Part shown: positions 37,045 to 46,904 of the stretch, in pieces
Layout: the number at the start of each line of letters is the position of its first letter
How positions within the stretch are numbered: the first letter of the stretch is position 1
Assembly (NCBI GenBank): GCA_030646995.1
Contig: JAUSKF010000006.1
Coordinates: 8,624 to 72,623 of the forward strand
Direction: 5' to 3'
Length of the DNA stretch: 64,000 bases
From: a bacterium
Lineage (GTDB): Bacteria > Patescibacteriota > Minisyncoccia > UBA6257 > WO2-44-18
Translations under genes and position numbers: made by a program
Notes under the pieces: generated by a model
The model's database searches: none
What the model saw: the letters and a program-made list of their open reading frames with translations, nothing else
Told to the model about the DNA's origin: nothing

Positions 37045-38364
37045 ATGCGAACCATCTTTTTATTCGTGGATAAGCCGACTTTCATAGGGGACCTGTTGGA
37101 CACCTCTTATCTGCCTTACCTAGCCTCCAAATATAAGGTGATAGTTTTTACTCGCAAAGTAGACCAGCGGGAGGCGGCGGCGCGCGGTTACCACCAGTCG
37201 CCAAATATTACTTATATGAAATGGCAGATCGAGAACAATCGTCTGCTGGGAGCGATGAAGTTTTTCCGATTTTCCTGCATACGGGAATTCGATTATCTGA
37301 TTACCACAAAATATATACGCAATCGCCGCGGTGAAGATGGAAATAGTTCTCTATTAAGAATTGCCTCTTGGCCCTTAGCCTGGTTGTTCACCTCAAAGTT
37401 TTTTAATTTCATTGAGCGTTTGCTGATGAGGCGTTCGGCCAAGTTTTCCGAATATTGCCGGACTTATCAGCCATCACTGGTCATCACCGCCACCCCCGGT
37501 TTGAATAATTTTGAGGCGGAAGCGGTTTGGCTCGCTAAAAAAGCCGGCCTGCCTACGGTAGCGGTCGATTGCGCTTGGGACAACCTCACTACCCGTGTTA
37601 CCCGCGTTCGTCCCACTGACTATTTTTTTGCCTGGCATGAGCCGATGCGTCAGGAGGCGATAAGGATACACGGCCTTTCTCCGGAACGAGTGCAGGTTAC
37701 CGGACCTTTGCGTTTTGATTATTACTTCACCAAGGAGCCTCAGCAGCCAACCAAGGAAGAGTTTTTGCAATCGTGCGGGCTGGATCCGAAGCTGCCGGCC
37801 ATTTTATATACCACGCAAAAATCCCATCTTTTTGAGGATGATTTTTTAAGGAATCTTATCCAGATGCGTAATGAGCAGCAGATCCCATATGCCAGCATCT
37901 TTATCAGAGTGCACCCACTGGCAAAGCCGGGCCGTTTTCAGGAATTTGAAAAGTTGAAAGATATTTTTGTTGATAGGCCGACAGAAGTTATGTCGTCTGC
38001 CGATCTACGTCATTTAAAATACTCGCTTATGTATGCCGACCTGAATATTAACTATTCCTCCACCATTTCTTTGGAGGCGATGGCTTTTGATAAGCCGGTG
38101 ATAAATTATTTCGAGCCCAGCCTGAAAAGTTTTGAGTTGAATCATTATAAGCCCTTGTTGGATATGAAAGCGTTAAAGTTGGTTTATGACACCAAAAATG
38201 AGCTGGCCAAAGCCATCCGCGATTATTTAGAAGATCCGAGTATTGATCGGGAAGCCCGCAATAAGGTTTTGAATATCTATTTCCCGTTCCGGGACGGCCT
38301 GTGTTATAAGAGGAATGTAGATTTCCTAGAGGAAATTGCAAATTATGGAAATAAGAAAGATTAA
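37045..38364 (+). CDS. TagF-like GT-B protein, paralog 2
   Basis: AWDNLTTR, TGPLRFD, IRVHP, NINYSSTISLEAMAFDKPVIN. Confidence 0.7.
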   Translation: MRTIFLFVDKPTFIGDLLDTSYLPYLASKYKVIVFTRKVDQREAAARGYHQSPNITYMKWQIENNRLLGAMKFFRFSCIREFDYLITTKYIRNRRGEDGNSSLLRIASWPLAWLFTSKFFNFIERLLMRRSAKFSEYCRTYQPSLVITATPGLNNFEAEAVWLAKKAGLPTVAVDCAWDNLTTRVTRVRPTDYFFAWHEPMRQEAIRIHGLSPERVQVTGPLRFDYYFTKEPQQPTKEEFLQSCGLDPKLPAILYTTQKSHLFEDDFLRNLIQMRNEQQIPYASIFIRVHPLAKPGRFQEFEKLKDIFVDRPTEVMSSADLRHLKYSLMYADLNINYSSTISLEAMAFDKPVINYFEPSLKSFELNHYKPLLDMKALKLVYDTKNELAKAIRDYLEDPSIDREARNKVLNIYFPFRDGLCYKRNVDFLEEIANYGNKKD

Positions 38365-39439
38365 AAAATCAGAGCTTGGCAAAGTTATGGAATTCAACCG
38401 GAAGGAATATCCGGCTGGCCATATTTTGCAGAACGAAACTTACTACAATTGGCAGTTTGATAATGTTTTCAATCCGGAATCGGACAGTTATACCTCCCTC
38501 GGCCTTTTTAATGATGCGGGAGAGTTGGTCGGCACTAATGGATTATTCCCTGCCCCAATCACTTTTTTAAGCAAAAGTCTCCCGTGTATTTGGTTCGCCA
38601 ATTTGATCGTTCGTGAAGATCTACGTAGTTTGGGATATGGCTATCTTCTGATGGAGAAAAGTGTATCGATGGCGGATATGGCGGTAGACCACAATATAAA
38701 TGCTGCGGCGTGGCCTCTTTTTATTAAATCTGGCTGGCAAGGCGGAGATATTGAGCGGTATTTGGGAATTATTAATCCGGAAGGGGCCGAGAGAGTGATT
38801 GGTCAGAGTAATTTAGGGTTGAAGGTCTTGAGTTCTCTGCCGACTAATGATTCCGGTTTGAATTTTGAGTCAGTTTCCAAATTTGATTCGGAAGTGGATG
38901 CTTTGTGGGAAAGCGTCTCGCAGCGTTATCCAATTTCTATAGAGCGAAGTAGTAAATATCTCAATTGGAGATATGCCGAGCATCCGATGACGAAATATCA
39001 CATTTTTTCGGCCAACGCTGGAAACGAAATGAAAGGATTTATTGTGTTGCGCATAGATGAGATCACCGAAGGACCGGAACGAAAGCCGTCGGGAGTTAAG
39101 ATCGGCAGGATAATTGATTGGGTGGCTGACTCGAGCGCAGAAGAATTTATTTTGTTGCAGGCAATCGAGTGGTGCCGGGATCAAAAAGTGGATTTTATTG
39201 ATTATTTCACTACTGAGAATTTTCACGCCGAAAGTCTGAAGAAGTTGGGTTTCGTGAATGATAGGGAAGAGCCTTATTCTTTGATGCCAACCCTCCTGAA
39301 CCCGATCGACCGAGTTAAAAGGACGCGACATAATTTTGCCTTTAAGATTTCTAATCCTGAAAGATTAGATTCCAAGGCGCAAGATTTGGGTAATTGGTAT
39401 GCAGTTAAAGGTTGTGGCGACCAGGATCGGCCATATTAA
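38345..39439 (+). CDS. GNAT-fold acyltransferase (probably two GNAT domains)
   Basis: VREDLRSLGYG acyl-CoA-binding-like motif; RSSKYLNWRY; GRIIDW; GDQD C-terminus. Confidence 0.7.
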   Translation: MEIRKIKKSELGKVMEFNRKEYPAGHILQNETYYNWQFDNVFNPESDSYTSLGLFNDAGELVGTNGLFPAPITFLSKSLPCIWFANLIVREDLRSLGYGYLLMEKSVSMADMAVDHNINAAAWPLFIKSGWQGGDIERYLGIINPEGAERVIGQSNLGLKVLSSLPTNDSGLNFESVSKFDSEVDALWESVSQRYPISIERSSKYLNWRYAEHPMTKYHIFSANAGNEMKGFIVLRIDEITEGPERKPSGVKIGRIIDWVADSSAEEFILLQAIEWCRDQKVDFIDYFTTENFHAESLKKLGFVNDREEPYSLMPTLLNPIDRVKRTRHNFAFKISNPERLDSKAQDLGNWYAVKGCGDQDRPY

Positions 39440-39443
39440 AAAG

Positions 39444-40799
39444 ATGAAAACGATTTTTCTAACTAGTTTTAATCCGTTTATCGCGCGCAACATTCTGGCT
39501 ACGGATGTTTTGCGGATTTTGAAGGAATGCAGCGATTTGAAGATCGTAGTTTTTGTGCCAGATTATAAAATTGATTGGTTTAAGAAGAATTTTTCCGGAC
39601 TGAATGTGGTTTTTGAAGGCATTATGTCGCAAAAGATTTCCCGCACCGATGTTATTTTTACCTACCTTGCCAGCTCTCTTTTAGACAGTAAGACCTTGGC
39701 CATTCATAAGAGAGAAGAATTGGCGAAGGATCATAATTATTTTAAATTCGCAGCCTCTTGGGCGCTCAGGAAAATCATTGGCCGCGCAAAAACCTTTCGC
39801 TGGTTAGTTCGATTGCTGGATAGTAAATTTTCTTTCAGATTGGAGTTGAAAAAATATTTTGATAGTTATAAGCCAGATCTTTTGTTTGCGACTGATGTTT
39901 ATCACAATGACGATGTCCATTTTCTATTGGAGGCCCAGCGGCGCTGTGTCTCTACGATCGGAATGATCCGTTCTTGGGATAATATTACTAACAAGGGAAT
40001 TTTCCGGGCCAAGCCCGATCAGTTGATTGTGCACAATGAAACCATTCGGGATGAGGCGGTCCAATTCAATGATTTCAATTCTGAGAAAATTTTTGTTTCC
40101 GGCATCCCTCAATATGATGACTTCGTTAAAGGGCAGAGGATGGAGCGAGCGGAATTTTTCGCCAAGCTCGGGCTGGATCCAGCGAAGAAACTTATTATGT
40201 ATTCTCCGTTTGGAGGTCGTTTTTATAAATATGACGGAGAAATATTAGAAATTTTAAAGGAGTTAGGTGAGCAAGTTCTGGTGCGCATGCCCCCAAACGA
40301 CAAGACTGAATTGATAGGCTTCCAGCCAACAAAACTTTTTTATATTGATCAGTCTGGTCACAAATTCCAAAAAGATACTTTGCGTGATGTGGAATTAAAC
40401 CAGCAGGATATGCGTTGGCTCGGAGATTCCTTGTATCATACCGATGTGCTGGTCGCCTGCGGGGCAAGTATCGCTATTGATGCCGCGCTATTCAACAAGC
40501 CGTCCGTATTCATTTATTTTGATGGCTTAGAAGAAGATTTGCCGTACATGAAGAGTGCTCGCCGATGGCTAGATTTTGACCATGCGAGAAAGCTTCGGGA
40601 TCTCGGCGGATCAGTGTCGGCGATGAGTAAAAAGGAATTACTGGAATTCGTCGGGTCTTTTTTGAGGAATCCGGCCAAGGATCAAGAGAAGAGGAGGGCT
40701 CTAGCCGAAAAGCAGTGCTGGAAGTTGGACGGAAGATCGGGCCATCGGATTGCCGAATTTATTTTAGCCAGAATTGACCTTCAGCGTTTCGGAGGATAG
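39444..40799 (+). CDS. TagF-like GT-B protein, paralog 3
   Basis: SWDNITNKG, SGIPQYD, HTDVLV, DAALFNKP, LDGRSG. Confidence 0.7.
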   Translation: MKTIFLTSFNPFIARNILATDVLRILKECSDLKIVVFVPDYKIDWFKKNFSGLNVVFEGIMSQKISRTDVIFTYLASSLLDSKTLAIHKREELAKDHNYFKFAASWALRKIIGRAKTFRWLVRLLDSKFSFRLELKKYFDSYKPDLLFATDVYHNDDVHFLLEAQRRCVSTIGMIRSWDNITNKGIFRAKPDQLIVHNETIRDEAVQFNDFNSEKIFVSGIPQYDDFVKGQRMERAEFFAKLGLDPAKKLIMYSPFGGRFYKYDGEILEILKELGEQVLVRMPPNDKTELIGFQPTKLFYIDQSGHKFQKDTLRDVELNQQDMRWLGDSLYHTDVLVACGASIAIDAALFNKPSVFIYFDGLEEDLPYMKSARRWLDFDHARKLRDLGGSVSAMSKKELLEFVGSFLRNPAKDQEKRRALAEKQCWKLDGRSGHRIAEFILARIDLQRFGG

Positions 40800-40808
40800 A
40801 TTGAATGA

Positions 40809-42161
40809 ATGAAGACAGTCTTTTTAGCGGTGCCGCACGCGGTATTTTCCTCGGACCTTTTACGGACAAAATATATAGAGTATTTGGCTCAGAAATATAA
40901 AGTAGTGGTTTTGAGCGAAATGTTTGATGCCGCCGAGGCTAAGGAGCGAGGATATTTCCAGTCTTCAAATGTTGCATACATAAAGCGTGATATAGAGAAT
41001 CCGCGTTTTTGGGGCCGAATGAAATTTTTGCGCGTTGCCCTAATCAATGAGTTTGATTACTTAATTTCGATCAAGCATTTTTATAAGCGCCCCAACTATG
41101 CCAATAACTGGAAGAGAAGGGTGGTTCGCATGATTGGTTTGCCGTTCAAATATTTTTTGACCGCTGATTTTTTTACAAAATGGGAATTAAAATACTGCCC
41201 CATCTCCCCCCAATTCAATTCTTTACTTTCGGAGTATAAACCGGATCTACTGATTACCGCTACGCCGGGCTTTTCTCCTCTAGAGGCGGAATTAGTTGTT
41301 TTAGCGAAGCGCTCCGGCTTGCCGTCGGTAGCGGTTAACTTTAGCTGGGATAACCTGACTATGAATTCCAAGCATATCCGCAAAACCGATTGGTTGATCG
41401 CTTGGAATGAGGTGATGCGGCAAGAAGCTATTAATATACATAAATATTCTCCTGAAAAAGTTTCTGTGTCGGGTACTTTGAGATTTGACCCATATTTTGA
41501 TGACTCCGACGCTGTGATCGGAGCAGGTAAAGAAGAGCCAACGCGGAAAACTTTTTTGGAGTCCAAGGGATTGAACCCAGAGAATAAAACCGTTTTTCAC
41601 ACTACGGTTACTAAGGCTTACCCGTTCCAGAAAAAATATATTAATGATCTGATCAAATTGAGGGATTCCAAAAAAATCCCCTACGTTAATTTCTTGATCC
41701 GAATCCATCCCTTGGATTTGATAGAGAACTATTCGGAATTCAAGAATATTCCCGATCTTTGCTTGGAAAGGTCCGGTCAAAATGTAGAAATGAGCTATAC
41801 CGACCTGCTGAACCTTAAATATTCTTTGAAATATACCGATCTGAACATCAATTATGCTTCTACGATCACCATTGAGGCCTGTATTTTCGATAAGCCGGTC
41901 ATCAACATTGGCTATTTGGATCGCTTCGCCTTGGCCTATGAGTTCAACCATTATCAACCAATTTATGAAAGTGGAGCGATAAAGTTAGCGAAGACTGACG
42001 AGGACTTACCGATCCTTATTAATCAATACTTAGAGCATCCGGAATCAGGAAGGGAGCAGCGGTTAGCAATCGTGGATAAGTATGTACAATTCACTGATGG
42101 TTTATCATATAAACGTAGCGTAGACGCGCTAAGCGCAATATTTAAATATTTAAATATTTAA
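40809..42161 (+). CDS. TagF-like GT-B protein, paralog 4
   Basis: SWDNLTMNS, SGTLRFD, IRIHP, NINYASTITIEACIFDKPVIN. Confidence 0.7.
   Translation: MKTVFLAVPHAVFSSDLLRTKYIEYLAQKYKVVVLSEMFDAAEAKERGYFQSSNVAYIKRDIENPRFWGRMKFLRVALINEFDYLISIKHFYKRPNYANNWKRRVVRMIGLPFKYFLTADFFTKWELKYCPISPQFNSLLSEYKPDLLITATPGFSPLEAELVVLAKRSGLPSVAVNFSWDNLTMNSKHIRKTDWLIAWNEVMRQEAINIHKYSPEKVSVSGTLRFDPYFDDSDAVIGAGKEEPTRKTFLESKGLNPENKTVFHTTVTKAYPFQKKYINDLIKLRDSKKIPYVNFLIRIHPLDLIENYSEFKNIPDLCLERSGQNVEMSYTDLLNLKYSLKYTDLNINYASTITIEACIFDKPVINIGYLDRFALAYEFNHYQPIYESGAIKLAKTDEDLPILINQYLEHPESGREQRLAIVDKYVQFTDGLSYKRSVDALSAIFKYLNI
42137..42160. repeat. Perfect octamer tract (AATATTTA)x3 running into the stop codon
   Basis: aatattta aatattta aatattta; same unit occurs at 8699-8706. 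Confidence 0.8.
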
Positions 42162-42171
42162 ACTTAAAAAT

Positions 42172-43113
42172 ATGTCTGATTTATCGAAAGATAAATATAT
42201 CATTGTTAACTACCACTACGTGGAAGATCCGCGCCCTAAGTCGGCGGGAATTTCTCCCTGTTCGATTGCTGAGTTTGATCGTCAGATCAGTTATTTGTCA
42301 AAGAATTTTAAAATAGTCAACTTGGGAGAGATTTATCAGGCCGCGGTTTCCGGTAAGGAGGGGAAGTTTTGTGCTATTACTTTCGATGATGGCCTGAAAG
42401 ACAATTATGTTAATGCTTTTCCAATCCTCCAGAAATATCAGGCAACGGCTACTTTCTTTATCATTACCTCTGTATTCGAGCATCGTCTACCCGCAGCTCA
42501 CAAGATCCATATTTTACTTTCTAGATTTACCGCTGATCAGATTATCGATCTTTTCCATACTTTCATAGGTGAGTTTTATCCAGACCTAAAAAACCAATAT
42601 ATCATTCCCAAGGACCGTCGTTTAACAGAGCGTAGGATGCATGAAGGAGTAGCAATGGCTAATTTCAAAGAAACAATGATCGCCTTGCCGGAAGATGTGC
42701 GGAGTCAGTTTTTGCGTTATGGATTTAAGATTAATAAATTGAACGAGGAAAAAATCAGTAGCCATTTATTTTTAAATCGAGAAGAAATCAAGGCTTTGCT
42801 GGATGGGGGCATGCAAATCGGTTCGCACTCCCATGGTCATTATTCTATGTCAGGAGACGATGAATCTTTTTTGCGAAAAGACGTAAAACTTTCCAAAGAA
42901 ATTTTATCAGGGATCATCGGCGCTTATCCCAAATGGTTTTCCTATCCGCATGGGCGTTCTAGCGCGGTGGCCGAACGGGTTCTGCGAGAGGAGGGTTTTG
43001 ATTTAGCGGTGACTATTCAGCGGAAAAAAATAGAGAGCACCGATAGTCCGTTGACGATCCCTCGGTATGATACGATAGATATAAAAGAGTATTTGGATGA
43101 GCAAAAGATTTAG
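42172..43113 (+). CDS. Polysaccharide deacetylase (CE4), paralog 2
   Basis: YHYV, GKFCAITFDDG, GSHSHGH, FSYPHG, IPRYD; clear paralog of 25295-26191. Confidence 0.88.
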   Translation: MSDLSKDKYIIVNYHYVEDPRPKSAGISPCSIAEFDRQISYLSKNFKIVNLGEIYQAAVSGKEGKFCAITFDDGLKDNYVNAFPILQKYQATATFFIITSVFEHRLPAAHKIHILLSRFTADQIIDLFHTFIGEFYPDLKNQYIIPKDRRLTERRMHEGVAMANFKETMIALPEDVRSQFLRYGFKINKLNEEKISSHLFLNREEIKALLDGGMQIGSHSHGHYSMSGDDESFLRKDVKLSKEILSGIIGAYPKWFSYPHGRSSAVAERVLREEGFDLAVTIQRKKIESTDSPLTIPRYDTIDIKEYLDEQKI

Positions 43114-44929
43114 TTTTTTAATTCTGGGTTTGGCAGTGTTAGTTGGGGTGCTTTATCTAGCACCTCAACTCCTAATCAAGCGCGCTGTGGAAAATTCCGG
43201 TCGTACTTTCGTATTGGCTCAATTCAACCAGCTGCATGATGGGGGAGAAGTCTATTTCCAGTTTGCTCGCGAGGCCGCTGAAGGCCATATTCCGCCTGCC
43301 GATCTTTATTTTGACCAGCAGCTCCCCAATATTTATCCGCCTCTTCCACCGGTGATTTTGTCGGTATTGATCCGAATATTCGGAGACGTGACCGGGGCTT
43401 ATTTGGCCGCGTTGTTTATTTTTCCGGCGATTACCTTTCTGTTCTTCTTTTGGTTGGGCTGGATTGTTTTTGATCGCAATAAGCTTTGGTCGGTTTTTAT
43501 GGCTTTGACTGGAATTCTAACTCCTATATTTTTAGTAACCTCGCAAATATTTTTAGGCCCTTCATATTTTGCAAATATCGTATTGAAGAATTTTTATCCC
43601 GGCATCCAGACCCTGCTACCGCTTTTATTCTTCTCCCGGGTTGATCACCCCCTGATTACCAGCTTAATTTACCTTCCGGCCATCGCTTCGTTGTTGATCT
43701 TTTGGAAAAGACCGAGCGCCAAGACGGCGGTTTTAACCGGGTTTGTTTCCGGGCTGCTTTTCTACACCTACTTTCACTTCTGGGCCTATTGGGTGGTGGT
43801 GGGCGGGTTGTTGTTGGTAGCGTCACTACTCTTGTGGCGCCATGAAAAAGCTTTGATAAAAAATTTCCTTGGACTGATCGGCGTTTTTATTGTGATAAGT
43901 ATCCCATATGTAGTTAATCAGTTTCGGTTAAGTCGGTTGCCGGGGTATGACGAGTTTATTAAGCGGGTGGGGGTGGATTTTGGACACGGTGTCGGTTGGC
44001 AGTGGTGGCCATATTATTTGATTTACGCCGGAATGGCGATTTTGATTTACGCGGTTCTTTGGAAGAAAGAGAATGAAAAAAAACGAGCGGTTTTTTACTG
44101 GGTGGCGTTGTTGTCCGGAGTGGTGGCGTTGAATGTTCAGGTGATTACAGGATTCGTACCGCATCCAGATCATTGGTCTAGAGCCGTAGATCCAATCTTG
44201 GCATTGATGATATTTGAGATCATTTATCATCTAGCGAAGAGAGCTTCGGCTCGTTATCCAAATTTCAAAAAGGCGTTGCCGATAGCACTCGCTTTGCTGA
44301 TGGTTCTACTTGTGGCGAAAAAGGCGGTGAACGTGGCCGGCTTTGTGAGGCCTGACCCGGAGTCGCTGGTTCAGTACGCGATGCCGGAGGATTTGTTGGA
44401 ATCTTGGCGATGGATGGATGAAAACCTGAAAGAACCAAAGATTATTTCGCCTTCTATCATCACGACTATTTATTCCACGGCATTCAGTTCGGCGCGGCCG
44501 TTTTTGCCATCAGGTGGCGTTATCCCAATAACCAACGAAAAACTGGAAGACCTTTTTTTGATTGCCAATAAAGTTTTTGGAGTGAGTGTGGATGTAGTGG
44601 AGAAGCGATTAAGAGGGGGCGTGGGATTAGATTGTAAATATCTTTGCGATTGGAACCCTGCGCTCGTGAACATCGAGGGAGCTTCAGGGTTTCTGTACTC
44701 CTCTTATTTTAAGCACCTGACGGGCTCTAAGGCGGTACCGGAAGAAAAGATTGCCGAACTTTCTCGTAAGTATCGGAAAATTCGAGCTGATTGGGATAAC
44801 TTGGGGGCGAATTATGTCTATTATGGGCCGCTCGAGAGGCAATTTTCCACAATTGATCCAAAGAAAGATTCTCGGTTGGAATTGGTTTATAAAAATACCT
44901 CGGTAGAGATTTATAAAATTAAGCGCTAG
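43097..44929 (+). CDS. Multi-pass membrane protein, putative GT-C fold glycosyltransferase
   Basis: TM1 then an acidic loop (HDGGEVY), many further TMs with GLLFYTYFH, soluble C-domain (WMDENL...YVYYGPLE...LVYKNTSVEIYKI). Confidence 0.6.
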   Translation: MSKRFSFLILGLAVLVGVLYLAPQLLIKRAVENSGRTFVLAQFNQLHDGGEVYFQFAREAAEGHIPPADLYFDQQLPNIYPPLPPVILSVLIRIFGDVTGAYLAALFIFPAITFLFFFWLGWIVFDRNKLWSVFMALTGILTPIFLVTSQIFLGPSYFANIVLKNFYPGIQTLLPLLFFSRVDHPLITSLIYLPAIASLLIFWKRPSAKTAVLTGFVSGLLFYTYFHFWAYWVVVGGLLLVASLLLWRHEKALIKNFLGLIGVFIVISIPYVVNQFRLSRLPGYDEFIKRVGVDFGHGVGWQWWPYYLIYAGMAILIYAVLWKKENEKKRAVFYWVALLSGVVALNVQVITGFVPHPDHWSRAVDPILALMIFEIIYHLAKRASARYPNFKKALPIALALLMVLLVAKKAVNVAGFVRPDPESLVQYAMPEDLLESWRWMDENLKEPKIISPSIITTIYSTAFSSARPFLPSGGVIPITNEKLEDLFLIANKVFGVSVDVVEKRLRGGVGLDCKYLCDWNPALVNIEGASGFLYSSYFKHLTGSKAVPEEKIAELSRKYRKIRADWDNLGANYVYYGPLERQFSTIDPKKDSRLELVYKNTSVEIYKIKR

Positions 44930-44982
44930 AAGATCTTTGCGTAGGTTGATTTTTTTGGGCTAAATGGTCTAGTATTCAGGGT

Positions 44983-45786
44983 ATGAAAGTAGTTATCTTG
45001 TGCGGCGGGAAAGGAATGCGGCTCCGCGAGGAAACCGAGCACAAACCTAAGCCATTAGTAACTATCGGCGAGATGCCGATTCTTTGGCATATTATGAAAA
45101 CCTACGCCCACTATGGGTTCAGGGATTTTGTGCTTTGCCTGGGTTATAAAGGCGAAATGATTAAGGATTATTTTCTTGGCCTTGATGAAGCGGCCAACGA
45201 TTTCACCCTGAAGCTTGGTTCCGGACCGAAAGTGATTACTCATCACAACAAGCGTGGTTTGGCGGATGACTGGAATATCACCTTCGTGAATACCGGCCTG
45301 AATTCCAATACCGGCTCCCGCCTCGCTAAAATAAAAGATTTCATTGGCAATGACGAAGAGTTTTTGTTGACCTACGGCGATGGCGTCGCGGACATTGATA
45401 TCAACGCTGCGGTGGCCTACCACAAGCAGAAGGGGAAGGTGGCTACACTTTCCGGAGTGAATTGGATTAATCCTTTTGGTGTCATTGAGCCGCAAGATGG
45501 ATTAGTGGCGGCCTTCAAAGAGAAGCCCCGCTCCAAGGCCTTCATCAACGGCGGATTTTATATATTAAACAAGAAAGTTTTTGACTACGTGAAAAAAGAC
45601 GAGGACTGCATTTTGGAAAAAGAACCGATGGAAAAATTATCGCGGGAAGGTCAGTTGGCAATCTATGAGCATCACGGATTCTGGTACTGTGTAGATACGA
45701 TGAAGCACTTAGAAGATTTGAATGTGATGTATGCCTCCGGTAATCGTCCGTGGATGGTTTGGGAAAATAAAACGACCGAAGTTTAA
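44983..45786 (+). CDS. rfbF: Glucose-1-phosphate cytidylyltransferase
   Basis: VILCGGKGMRLREET, PILWHIMK, LGYKGEMIKDYF, LTYGDGV, INGGF, HHGFWYCVDT. Confidence 0.92.
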   Translation: MKVVILCGGKGMRLREETEHKPKPLVTIGEMPILWHIMKTYAHYGFRDFVLCLGYKGEMIKDYFLGLDEAANDFTLKLGSGPKVITHHNKRGLADDWNITFVNTGLNSNTGSRLAKIKDFIGNDEEFLLTYGDGVADIDINAAVAYHKQKGKVATLSGVNWINPFGVIEPQDGLVAAFKEKPRSKAFINGGFYILNKKVFDYVKKDEDCILEKEPMEKLSREGQLAIYEHHGFWYCVDTMKHLEDLNVMYASGNRPWMVWENKTTEV

Positions 45787-45803
45787 ACTTCGGTCGTTTT
45801 ATT
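45766..45803. repeat. 38-bp perfect spacer-less palindrome over the overlapping stops of two convergent genes
   Basis: AATAAAACGACCGAAGTTT|AAACTTCGGTCGTTTTATT. Confidence 0.95.
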
Positions 45804-46838
45804 CCAGTAGAGTTTTTCGTCAATCTCCTTCTTGTCTTTCAGGTGATTGATTTGCTTAAGACGAATGAAATGCCGCTGTTCTAAGGGTTTTTCCGGTAAT
45901 CCATGTTTTTGGAAATCATCCCGTAGTTCTTCCGCCGCTTTTTTCAGGTCCCATTTAAATTTGAAATCTGGAAGTATTTTCTGCAGTTTTTGGAAAGACA
46001 CTCGATAACTGCGGGAATCTTTATCGGGCTTGTCCGATAGGGAAATTTTGGCCTTTGGGAAGACTCCTTGAACTATCTGCGCTATTTCTTTGACTTGATA
46101 GTTTTCTTTATCCTGGCCGCAATTAATCGCTTCTCCGCGCACTTTTTCTTCCGGAGTCTCCAGAAAGGCCACGAATAGCCGAGCGATATCTTCTGCGTGA
46201 ATCATCGGCCTCCACGGAGTTCCGTCGCTCAAGATTTTCACCTCGCCAGCCGAGAAGGCATTGGCGGCGAAATTATTCAGCACTATGTCTAGGCGAAGCT
46301 TGCTGGAAGAGCCATAGGCGGTGGCGTTACGGAGGATTATCGGGCAGAATTTTTCATCGGCCATTCCTTTTAATACTTTTTCAAATTCTACTTTTGATAT
46401 TGCATAAGCTGTTCGTGGGTCGGTGGGCGTTTCTTCGTCCACTGGTTTTTCTCCGCCGAGAGCTCCATAGATACTACAAGAAGAAGAGAAGAGGAATTTT
46501 TTTACGCCTGATTCTTTGGCGAGCTTGGCGAGCCGGATGGAGCCGTTGAGGTTGATGTCCATTGTGAGCTGGGAGTCTAGTGCTCCCATCGGATCGTTAG
46601 AGAGGGCGGCCAGATGGCAGATGGCATCTACGCTGGAGAGGTCGCTTTCATTGATATCCCGCACGTCTTTTTTAATGGCGGTAAAATTGGCGGTCTTTTT
46701 GAAAACGCATTCCGGGTCGTCAAAATAGCCGGCATCCACGCCGAGCACTTCGTATCCTTTTTCCTGCAATAACGGCACCAGCAGAGAGCCAATATAGCCA
46801 TTACTGCCGGTTACCAGCACCTTTTTTAGCTTATCCAT
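45783..46838 (-). CDS. NAD-dependent nucleotide-sugar epimerase/dehydratase (extended SDR)
   Basis: VTGSNGYIGS, HLAALSNDP, SSSCSIYG, YAISK, LRNATAYG, SDGTPWRP. Confidence 0.9.
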   Translation of the reverse strand: MDKLKKVLVTGSNGYIGSLLVPLLQEKGYEVLGVDAGYFDDPECVFKKTANFTAIKKDVRDINESDLSSVDAICHLAALSNDPMGALDSQLTMDINLNGSIRLAKLAKESGVKKFLFSSSCSIYGALGGEKPVDEETPTDPRTAYAISKVEFEKVLKGMADEKFCPIILRNATAYGSSSKLRLDIVLNNFAANAFSAGEVKILSDGTPWRPMIHAEDIARLFVAFLETPEEKVRGEAINCGQDKENYQVKEIAQIVQGVFPKAKISLSDKPDKDSRSYRVSFQKLQKILPDFKFKWDLKKAAEELRDDFQKHGLPEKPLEQRHFIRLKQINHLKDKKEIDEKLYWNKTTEV

Positions 46839-46875
46839 ATAGCGCAATGATTATGAAACAAAAACTGGAAAATAT

Positions 46876-46900
46876 AAAGCCCCGATTTTGTCGGGGCTTT
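46876..46900 (-). terminator. Intrinsic terminator (possibly bidirectional) after the 46905-47576 gene
   Basis: AAAGCCCCGA-ttttg-TCGGGGCTTT. Confidence 0.85.
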
Positions 46901-46904
46901 GTTT

